A stretch of 16,829 nt of DNA from Vulcanimicrobiaceae bacterium. GTDB lineage: Bacteria; Vulcanimicrobiota; Vulcanimicrobiia; Vulcanimicrobiales; Vulcanimicrobiaceae. Location: the NCBI GenBank assembly GCA_046262595.1, contig JBHEMM010000031.1, forward strand, positions 13,760 through 30,588. The letters are read 5' to 3'. A program made the position numbers and the translations under genes. The notes under the pieces are model-generated. The model did no database searches, had not been told where the DNA came from, and saw nothing but the letters and a program-made list of their open reading frames with translations. Within the stretch, counting starts at the first letter, position 1. Each line of letters opens with the position of its first letter. Below are positions 10,172 to 16,829 of this stretch, one piece after another.

Positions 10172-10230
10172 GGTGCCTCCATCGAAGTGCTTGCGGGCAG
10201 CCTTCACGCGAAAGCATACGAACGCAAAGG

Positions 10231-10248
10231 GGGGTGCGCGCGCACCCC
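10231..10248. promoter_or_regulatory. Perfect 18-bp palindrome GGGGTGCGCGCGCACCCC in the divergent intergenic region; candidate operator or hairpin
   Basis: The sequence equals its own reverse complement; it lies between a minus-strand TATGCT (-10-like, 10213-10218) and a plus-strand GAAAAT (10250-10255). The palindrome is certain, its function is inferred. Confidence 0.45.
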
Positions 10249-10262
10249 GGAAAATGGGGCGC

Positions 10263-11361
10263 ATGAGCGACTCGCAACTCACCGCCATCGCGCGCCTCTC
10301 GGAACGTCTGGTTGCGATCAAGGAGCGTCTTTGACTATGCCGGTAAAGCGCGCTTAGCCAGCGAACTCGAAAACCGCTCGCGCAGCCACAGCTTCTGGAA
10401 CGACGCCGAATCCGCTCAGCGCGTGATGAAGCAGCTCGCCGACGTTCGTTCGGACGTCGATGCGATGGACGCGGTGTCGCGACAACTGCTCGACGCCCGT
10501 GAGATGCTCGATCTGTTCGCCGGCGATTCCCAAGCCGGCGCTGAAGTCGATGCCGCCGTCGCGGCTGCCTCCGCGCAACTCGAAGCGCTGGAAATGGCCG
10601 CAAACTTCGACGGCGAATTTGACGCGCACAACGCTATCGTCACGGTTTATGCCGGCGCGGGCGGCGTGGACGCGGCCGACTGGACGCAGATGCTGGCGCG
10701 CATGTATCTGCGCTGGGCCGAAACTAAGGGTTACGCCACGCATATCGTTGAGGAATCACCGGCCGAGGAAGCCGGATTAAAGTCCATAACGTTCTTCGTG
10801 CGCGGAAAAAACGTGTACGGCATGATGCAGAGTGAACGAGGCGTGCACCGCCTGGTGCGCATCTCGCCGTTCGACGCCGCGCACCGGCGGCACACCTCGT
10901 TTACCGCCGTGGATATTATTCCGGAGATCGAGGCCGGCGAAAGCGTGCAGGTCGACATCAAGCCGGACGATCTGCGCATCGAAACGTTTAAGTCGGGCGG
11001 CGCGGGCGGCCAGTACGTGAATAAAACGGAATCCGCCGTGCGCATCATTCACGAGCCCAGCGGTGTCATCGTCGCCTCCCAGCAGGAGCGCTCGCAGGCG
11101 CAGAACCGCGAAGTGGCGATGAACATTCTGCGCGCGAAGCTCCTGCAGCGGCAGCTCGAGGAGCGCGAGCGGCGCCTCGCGGATCTGCGCGGCGAGCGCA
11201 GCGCGAACGAATGGGGATCGCAGATCCGTTCGTACGTGCTCAATCCGTACCAGCTGGTGAAAGATCACCGCACGAACGTCGAGAGCGGCAACACGGCCGC
11301 CGTGCTGGACGGCGACATCGACGGATTCATCTGGCCGTACCTGCAGATGCGCCGTGCCTGA
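10263..11361 (+). CDS. prfB: Peptide chain release factor 2, expressed through a programmed +1 frameshift (about 365 aa)
   Basis: ORF0 ATG 10263 encodes MSDSQLTAIARLSERLVAIKERL then CTT TGA C; the +1 frame continues DYAGK... and has the RF2 SPF motif (RISPFD), GGQ (SGGAGGQYVNKTESAVR) and WGSQIRSYV. An in-frame ATG at 10254 is an alternative start. Confidence 0.97.
10321..10335 (+). promoter_or_regulatory. prfB +1 frameshift cassette: internal SD AGGAG, 3-nt spacer, CTT TGA C
   Basis: AGGAG (10321-10325) CGT CTT (10329-10331) TGA (10332-10334) C matches the canonical RF2 autoregulatory site. Confidence 0.96.
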
Positions 11362-12244
11362 AGTCGATGCAATCGTCGTTAACTGGAATGGCCGCGAGCA
11401 AACGCCTGTTGCGCTCGATTCGCTTTTGGCGCTCGCCGAGGTTCGCGCCGATCCGCAGCTCGTGCGCATCACCGTGAGCGACAACGGCTCGGCCGACGGC
11501 AGCGTGGGCCTACTGCGCAAGCGCTACGGCAGCCGTGTCGAGATCATCGAGAATCGCGCAAATCTCGGGTTCGGCGCCGGCGCGAACCGCGCGATAGCGC
11601 AGACCGCTGCACCGTTCATCTTTCTGCTCAATCCCGATGCGGCCGTGAAAGACGGAGCGCTGGCGGCGCTGCTCGCTTTTATGCACGCGCATCCGCGCTG
11701 TGCGATAGCCGGGCCGAAAATCTTCACCGCGGACGGACGGGTCGCCGAATCATGCGGCGAGTTCGATACGTGGATCGGCGCTTTTCTGCGTTCGAGCGGG
11801 TGGGGCGATTTTAAACCATTGCGGCGCTTTGCGAACGGCGCTTCGCTGCGTACCTGGGACTACGACTCCGAGCGGCGCGTGGATCTCGTTATCGGAGCGG
11901 CGCTGCTCGTGCGCCGCAGCGTCATCGAGAAAACCGGCACGTTCGACGAGCGGTACTTCATGTACCACGAAGAAGTCGATTTGGCGCGCCGCGTTGCGGA
12001 TGCCGGTTTTGAGAGCTGGTTCGTGCCTCAGGCGCAAGCGACGCACACCGGCATGGGCAGCAGCGGCGGCAAGAACGTGGAGCGCTGGAAAACGCGTTCG
12101 CGCCGCATGTATTGGGTCAAACATCACGGCCGAGTGTGGTATTACGCTCTTGGCGCCGCCCTCGTGGCGCGGTACGTGCTTTACGCCGGCGCGCTTGCGC
12201 TCATTGCGGCCGCGATAGCACGCGCCATACGCTCGGGCCACTGA
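11354..12244 (+). CDS. Family 2 glycosyltransferase (WbbL/rhamnosyltransferase-like)
   Basis: IVVNWNG, VSDNGSADGS, NLGFGAGAN, LLNPDA, IGAALLVRR, FDERYFMYHEEVDL; C-terminal hydrophobic segment; GTG start overlaps the prfB end by 8 nt. Confidence 0.9.
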   Translation: MPEVDAIVVNWNGREQTPVALDSLLALAEVRADPQLVRITVSDNGSADGSVGLLRKRYGSRVEIIENRANLGFGAGANRAIAQTAAPFIFLLNPDAAVKDGALAALLAFMHAHPRCAIAGPKIFTADGRVAESCGEFDTWIGAFLRSSGWGDFKPLRRFANGASLRTWDYDSERRVDLVIGAALLVRRSVIEKTGTFDERYFMYHEEVDLARRVADAGFESWFVPQAQATHTGMGSSGGKNVERWKTRSRRMYWVKHHGRVWYYALGAALVARYVLYAGALALIAAAIARAIRSGH

Positions 12245-13125
12245 GCCGCGCCTAAATCGACGAGCGCGTGCGGCGCGGCCCACGGCGACCAGCGAGCCGT
12301 TTGCAGCGCGAAGTTGGCGCTCGCATAAGCCGCTGCAACGGGCGTTCCCGTCATCCCGGCCACGTGCGCAGCGCCCGAATCCGGCGCCGCCAAAGCGCGC
12401 GCGGCAGCGATAGCGGTTTTCCACGGCTCCAAAGCGCCGAACATCTCGACCTTTAATCCCGTCGCCCGCTCGAAGCGCTCGCAATACGGCGCTTCGAATG
12501 CCGCTCCGATCGCGCGCACTTCCCACTCGCGCGATAAGCGCAGCGCGGCATCCGCAACGTCCGAGCATTGCGCGCCAAGCCGCTCCCACTTTTGCGTTAC
12601 TTGGAAAGCGATACGCCCGTCGCCCTGCGGCTCGTTTTGGACGACCATCGGACGCAGAAACGCCGCATCGCGCGAGGGTGCGGCGGCGCCAAGCAGACGG
12701 GCGCCCAGGCCGAAGACGATCTCGCATTCGTGCAGACCGCCGGTGTCCAGGCCCGCGCTCCGGTAGACGGTTCGCGTGCATTGCCGGCGGATCCAGAACG
12801 ATTTCAACGGCTTACCGCGCAAGCCGTGATCGAAGCCGATGCGCTCGCGAATGGCGGCGTCGCGCGCGATCGCATATGCCGCAGGCTCTTCGGAGGGGAT
12901 CAGCGCGATGTCGTAACGATCCGCCCGAATCGCTTCGAGCTCGTAGGGCAGATACACCCGGTTCACCGCGCGCGCCGAGAACGCGGCGGCATTTGCCGGC
13001 TGCAGCACGGCCCCCACGCGCCGGCCCGCGGCCCGCAGCGCCGCTATCAGCGGGACGGTGACGAGCGCATCGCCGATGGCATCCAAACGGACGATGAGCA
13101 CCGATGGGGAAGAAGAAGACGGCAC
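12181..13125 (-). CDS. Family 9 glycosyltransferase (heptosyltransferase-like, GT-B), about 314 aa
   Basis: N-terminal VLIVRLDAIGDALVTVPLIAALR, RERIGF, HECE, and DSGAAHVAGMTGTPV are GT9 hallmarks; GTG 13125 lies just ahead of the first motif, and the track's extension to 13473 is antisense to the YbjQ gene. Confidence 0.85.
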   Translation of the reverse strand: MPSSSSPSVLIVRLDAIGDALVTVPLIAALRAAGRRVGAVLQPANAAAFSARAVNRVYLPYELEAIRADRYDIALIPSEEPAAYAIARDAAIRERIGFDHGLRGKPLKSFWIRRQCTRTVYRSAGLDTGGLHECEIVFGLGARLLGAAAPSRDAAFLRPMVVQNEPQGDGRIAFQVTQKWERLGAQCSDVADAALRLSREWEVRAIGAAFEAPYCERFERATGLKVEMFGALEPWKTAIAAARALAAPDSGAAHVAGMTGTPVAAAYASANFALQTARWSPWAAPHALVDLGAAQWPERMARAIAAAMSASAPA

Positions 13126-13131
13126 AAGACG

Positions 13132-13479
13132 ATGATTGCAAGAGAGAACCTCGTAACCCTCGACCTGCCCGACGGCTACCGCGTCCTGTCTTCGCTGGGC
13201 CGCGTCACGGCCGGCGCAAGCCGTCCGCATAACATGCTGCGCGCGACGTTCCGTTCGATCGGCGCGTTCATCGGCCTTGCGCCGCTCGAATACTTGACCG
13301 ACGCCGAACGCGCGCGCGAAGAAGCGTTGGAAATGCTGCGCGCCAAAGCGGGCGCCCTCGGCGCCGACGCGGTGATAAAAATCCGCTTCGATGCGCTCGA
13401 GCAGCAGGACGGTTCGACATCCGTGCTCGCCTATGGCGAAGCCGTGCGTCTGGCGCCGCTTACGTACGCTCAAGAATGA
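13132..13479 (+). CDS. YbjQ/UPF0145-family (putative heavy-metal-binding) protein, 115 aa
   Basis: From ATG 13132: MIARENLVTLDLPDGYRVLSSLGRV...AREEALEMLRAKAGALGADAVIKIRFD...VLAYGEAVRL, matching the family pattern. Confidence 0.85.
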   Translation: MIARENLVTLDLPDGYRVLSSLGRVTAGASRPHNMLRATFRSIGAFIGLAPLEYLTDAERAREEALEMLRAKAGALGADAVIKIRFDALEQQDGSTSVLAYGEAVRLAPLTYAQE

Positions 13480-14153
13480 GTTTGCAGGAGCGCTCCCGGC
13501 GCGAACGTTTGCTTGCGAACGCCGCCGCCGTTGCTGCAGCGTGCCGCAAATGCCAGATCGGATACGACCGGCGCAACAACGTCTACGGCGAGGGCGACCC
13601 GTGCGCGCGCCTGATGGTCATCGGTGAGGGGCCTGGCGAAACCGAAGATCTGCTCGGGCGCCCGTTTGTAGGACGCGCGGGCGAGCTGCTGGAGAAGATG
13701 CTGGCGGCAATCGGATTGCCGCGCGAGGACGTCTATATCTGCAACACCGTCAAATGCCGTCCGACGCTGCATGAAGCGAACAAGTTGAAAAACCGCGCCC
13801 CGCTGCCGCCCGAAATGAGCAATTGCCGGCCCTTTCTCGACGAGCAAATCGATATTATCGCGCCGGACGTCATCTTAACGATGGGAGCTCCGGCTGCAAA
13901 ATCGTTCCTCGGACCGGATTTTGCAATCACAAAAGGACGCGGCCGCTGGTACGGCGGCCCGAACGGTACGCCGCTGATGGTCACGTTCCATCCGGCGTAC
14001 GTCCTGCGCCAAGGCGGCATGGCGCTGACGGAAACGAAGCGCCAGGTGTGGTCGGATCTCAAACAAGTGCGCGCCAAACTTGACGAAAAAGCCGGCGTCG
14101 TGCAACCACGCAGCGGGCCGGTTGCGTTAAGCCTGCTGGAGGAACGCCTTTGA
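13476..14153 (+). CDS. Uracil-DNA glycosylase family 4 (4Fe-4S)
   Basis: CRKC, motif A GEGPG, PFVGRAG, KCRP, later Cys in SNCRPFL, motif B HPAY; ATGA overlap with the upstream gene. Confidence 0.93.
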   Translation: MSLQERSRRERLLANAAAVAAACRKCQIGYDRRNNVYGEGDPCARLMVIGEGPGETEDLLGRPFVGRAGELLEKMLAAIGLPREDVYICNTVKCRPTLHEANKLKNRAPLPPEMSNCRPFLDEQIDIIAPDVILTMGAPAAKSFLGPDFAITKGRGRWYGGPNGTPLMVTFHPAYVLRQGGMALTETKRQVWSDLKQVRAKLDEKAGVVQPRSGPVALSLLEERL

Positions 14154-15241
14154 TCCGCGACGCGCAAACGATTTGGTTCACCGATAAAGTGCGGCGCGCC
14201 GGGTTTTCCGGCATAGAAGACTTTGCCCTCCGCTTTGCGCTCAAGCCGTACCGCTTGCGGCAAATCTACCATGCCGCCGTCAAAGAGCTCGCACCGGACA
14301 TCCAGGACGTGAGTACGCTTCCCAAAGATCTTCGCGCGTCGCTTAAGGACGCGGGCTTTTCGTTCGACTCCGTCGCGCCCGTCGTGGAACAACGCTCGGG
14401 CGACAAACAGACCAGCAAAGGGTTGTTCCGCTTAGCCGACGGCGCCGAAGTGGAAGCGGTGCTCATGGAGCATTACGGCGACCGGAACACGGTGTGCATC
14501 AGCTCGCAGGCGGGATGCGCTTTTGCCTGTGCCTTTTGCTCGACTGGGCAAGCCGGCTTTACGCGCCAACTGGAACCCACGGAGATCTTCGATCAGGCAC
14601 GTTTCTTTGCGCGCGAACTTGCAAGCCGCGGCAAGCGCATCACCAACATCGTGTTCATGGGCATGGGCGAGCCGTTTCACAATTACGACGCGGTGATGGA
14701 CGCCGTCGCGCTGCTCAACGACGGCCAAGGCTTTCATTTAGGTCAGCGGCACATCACCATCTCCACCGTCGGACTCGTCGACAAGATCGATGCCTTCACG
14801 GCCGAGGACGTGCAGGTGAACCTGGCGATCTCACTGCACGCGCCGAGTGACGAAGTGCGCAGCTCGATGATGCCGGTGAACCGGCGTTTCAACATGGACG
14901 CCCTGCTTGCCGCCTGCGATCGCTACATCGAAAAGACACACCGCAAAGTGTTTTTCGAGTATGTGATGCTGCGCGGTGTGAACGACCGCGAAGAACACGC
15001 GCAAGAATTGGCACGCCGCATGAAGGGCCATCTGTACCACGTGAATCTGATTCCGTACAACACAACGCCCGATGACCCGTTCGCGGGCAGCGAAAGCGAA
15101 GCCATCTGGAAGTTCGCGGGTATTCTCGATCAGGCCGGCGTTCCCACGACCGTGCGAGCGAACATGGGCCGCGACATTGCGGCGGCGTGCGGGCAGCTGA
15201 GGGCGGACACGCAACCTAAGGCGCATCTCGCTGCAAAGTAA
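14150..15241 (+). CDS. rlmN: Radical SAM dual-specificity RNA methyltransferase RlmN
   Basis: CISSQAGCAFACAFCSTG (CxxxCxxC), VFMGMGEP, ITISTVG, ISLHAP, FEYVML.GVND, VNLIPYN, DIAAACGQL; TTG start overlaps the udg stop (TTGA) with GGAGGA at 14138-14143. Confidence 0.95.
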   Translation: MIRDAQTIWFTDKVRRAGFSGIEDFALRFALKPYRLRQIYHAAVKELAPDIQDVSTLPKDLRASLKDAGFSFDSVAPVVEQRSGDKQTSKGLFRLADGAEVEAVLMEHYGDRNTVCISSQAGCAFACAFCSTGQAGFTRQLEPTEIFDQARFFARELASRGKRITNIVFMGMGEPFHNYDAVMDAVALLNDGQGFHLGQRHITISTVGLVDKIDAFTAEDVQVNLAISLHAPSDEVRSSMMPVNRRFNMDALLAACDRYIEKTHRKVFFEYVMLRGVNDREEHAQELARRMKGHLYHVNLIPYNTTPDDPFAGSESEAIWKFAGILDQAGVPTTVRANMGRDIAAACGQLRADTQPKAHLAAK

Positions 15242-15483
15242 CGAGGCGTCGCATTACTGCAGCGTACCGGGCGGAGCTTGCCGGCGCAGCGCCCGTCTTG
15301 GCGTTCGGGACGCCTCCTTCATACGACGCATCGTGGATCTCGACGATTCTGCAGGAGTCGAGCATTGCTTTCGTCGGCCGTTCCGAAGGCCGGATCCGCG
15401 CTTTGAACAGTCTTGCCGAACAGCTCCCTTTCGCCGAGTAGCGCAGGACGCAAAAGCCGCACCCGACAACCTAAGCCTCCCTT

Positions 15484-16829
15484 ATGGAGACCGAGCAAAC
15501 CCCGAAACCGGACGTTACCCTCGATGACATAACGGCGCTGGCGAAGCGCCGCGGTTTTATCTTTCAATCCAGCGAGATTTACGGCGGTATCGCGGGCTTT
15601 TACGATTATGGTCCCCTCGGCGCAGTGCTCAAGCGCAACGTCAAAGACGCGTGGTGGCGGGAGAACGTCGAATTGCGCGACGACGTCGTTCCGTTCGACT
15701 CGTCGATCATCATGCATCCGCAGGTGTGGAAGGCCTCGGGACACGTCGATGCGTTCCACGACCGGATGGTGGACTGCAAGGTCTGCAAGCACCGTTTCCG
15801 CCCGGATCATCTCAAGTCGCTCGAACAATGCCCCGACTGCGGAAGCAAAGCTTCGCTGACCGAGCCGCGCAATTTCAATCTGATGCTGCGCACGTTTGTC
15901 GGGCCCATGGAAGACACGGCTTCGAGCGCGTACCTACGCCCCGAAACCGCTCAGGGCATGTTCGTCAACTTCAAAAATATTTATCAAACGGCGCGTAAAC
16001 GCCCGCCGTTCGGCATCGCACAGATCGGCAAGTCGTTCCGCAATGAAATCACGCCGGGCAACTTCACGTTTCGCATGCGCGAATTCGAACAAGCGGAATT
16101 GGAATATTTCGTTCCGCACGACGGCAGCGACATGGAAATATTCAAGGAATGGGTCGAGCGCCGCAAAGCCTGGTATTCCCAATACGGCGTAAAGCCGGAA
16201 AGACTGCGCTTTTACGAGCTTACCGCGCAAGAGCGTCCGCATTATGCTAAGGCGGGCATCGACGTCGAGTACTTGTTTCCTTGGGGCTGGGGCGAGCTGG
16301 AGTCGATCGCGCATCGCGGCACGTACGACCTGGACGCGCACATGAAGCTTTCCGGTAAGGACTTGCAGTTCTTCGAGGAATCGACGAAATCGAAGTACAC
16401 GCCGATTCTGATCGAAAGCTCGGCCGGCATGGATCGCACGACCCTTACCTTCTTGATCGACGCGTACGAGAACGAGACCGGCACAGACCCGAACGGCAAG
16501 CAGACCCAGCGCGTCGTGCTGCACTTCCATCCGCAAATCGCGCCGGTGCAAGTGGCTGTCTTTTCGCTCGCACGCAACCGGCCGGAACTGGTCGAGGCGG
16601 CGTGCGGAATCGAGCGCTCGCTGCGAGGCCGTTTCCGGACGGCGTATGACGAAGGAAACATCGGACAACTGTACCGCCGCCAGGACGAAATCGGCACGCC
16701 GTTCTGCGTCACGTTCGATTTCGATTCGCTGGAGGACAAGGCCGTGACGGTGCGTGAGCGCGACCGGATGACGCAAGAGCGGGTGCCCGTCGCGGGTGTG
16801 CGGCGGTATCTCGAGGACCGGATCTACCC
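15484..16829 (+). CDS. glyQS: Glycine--tRNA ligase, homodimeric (alpha2) type; truncated by the window end near its C-terminus; absent from the ORF track
   Basis: Manual translation from ATG 15484: METEQTPKPDVTLDDITALAKRRGFIFQSSEIYGG...YDYGPLG...VWKASGH...FNLML...YLRPETAQGMFVNF...PFGIAQIGKSFRNEITPGNFTFRMREFEQAELEYF...IGQLYRRQDEIGTPFCVTFDFDSLED; no stop before 16829. Confidence 0.97.
   Translation, partial: METEQTPKPDVTLDDITALAKRRGFIFQSSEIYGGIAGFYDYGPLGAVLKRNVKDAWWRENVELRDDVVPFDSSIIMHPQVWKASGHVDAFHDRMVDCKVCKHRFRPDHLKSLEQCPDCGSKASLTEPRNFNLMLRTFVGPMEDTASSAYLRPETAQGMFVNFKNIYQTARKRPPFGIAQIGKSFRNEITPGNFTFRMREFEQAELEYFVPHDGSDMEIFKEWVERRKAWYSQYGVKPERLRFYELTAQERPHYAKAGIDVEYLFPWGWGELESIAHRGTYDLDAHMKLSGKDLQFFEESTKSKYTPILIESSAGMDRTTLTFLIDAYENETGTDPNGKQTQRVVLHFHPQIAPVQVAVFSLARNRPELVEAACGIERSLRGRFRTAYDEGNIGQLYRRQDEIGTPFCVTFDFDSLEDKAVTVRERDRMTQERVPVAGVRRYLEDRIY

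Noticed and set aside
10178..10206. Sigma28-like promoter (TGAA-N16-TTCGATGG) for the GDPH gene
   Set aside because: Poor match to TAAA-N15-GCCGATAA and it overlaps the SD; the upstream TATGCT is a simpler candidate.
10172..10603. N-terminal extension of the 425-aa minus-strand ORF
   Set aside because: Arg-rich shadow of prfB; ATG 10171 has a clear GGAGG SD.
10312..11361. prfB as a truncated gene or pseudogene starting at TTG 10312
   Set aside because: Explained by the canonical programmed frameshift from ORF0 at 10263.
12568..13473. Long mutual overlap of the 303-aa plus ORF and the 430-aa minus ORF as dual coding
   Set aside because: Family motifs begin only at 13132 (+) and 13125 (-); the extensions are antisense shadows.
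13476..14153. UdgX
   Set aside because: Has GEGPG and KCRP rather than GEQPG and KH, and lacks KRRIH.
14150..15241. Cfr-type antibiotic resistance methyltransferase
   Set aside because: VFMGMGEP and the housekeeping context fit RlmN; no mobile context. A phylogeny would confirm.
15243..15321. tRNA or tRNA-like gene (74-nt unit closed by an 8-bp stem, contains GTTCG)
   Set aside because: No proper anticodon arm, no 5-bp/7-nt T arm, no D-loop GG and no CCA end.
15242..15483. T-box riboswitch upstream of glyQS
   Set aside because: No GGTGGNACC T-box sequence and no U-tract terminator found by eye.
530..16776. Long antisense ORFs (e.g. 530-1549, 2044-2862, 4767-5756, 6443-7756, 15934-16776)
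   Set aside because: They lie opposite well-supported genes, show no recognisable motifs, and are expected in GC-rich DNA.
1..16829. CRISPR array, IS element, prophage or intrinsic terminators
   Set aside because: No regularly spaced repeats, no transposase/integrase/phage motifs, and no convincing hairpin plus U-tract seen.

Overview
GC-rich bacterial chromosomal segment with very tight gene packing and no recognisable mobile element, CRISPR array, rRNA or tRNA. Order: LCP-family protein (may start before the window), CE4 polysaccharide deacetylase, a 52-aa single-pass membrane protein missed by the ORF track, an NHL/beta-propeller lipoprotein with an internal Pro/Thr insert, an orphan multi-GAF histidine kinase, secA, a GT-C-like polytopic membrane protein, a minus-strand hypothetical protein with a harpin-like helix and a GDPH motif, prfB with an intact programmed +1 frameshift, a GT2, a minus-strand GT9, a YbjQ-family protein, a family-4 uracil-DNA glycosylase, rlmN, a 242-nt gap with several hairpins, and glyQS (runs off the window end). 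The most unusual element is the GDPH protein, a candidate self-cleaving, non-Sec-exported protein that sits with the GT-C-like gene between secA and prfB and shares an 18-bp perfect palindrome with divergent prfB. Overall gene style suggests a Terrabacteria lineage such as Ca. Eremiobacterota/Vulcanimicrobiota, but that is an unverified impression. All family calls come from motif recognition by eye; no searches were run.
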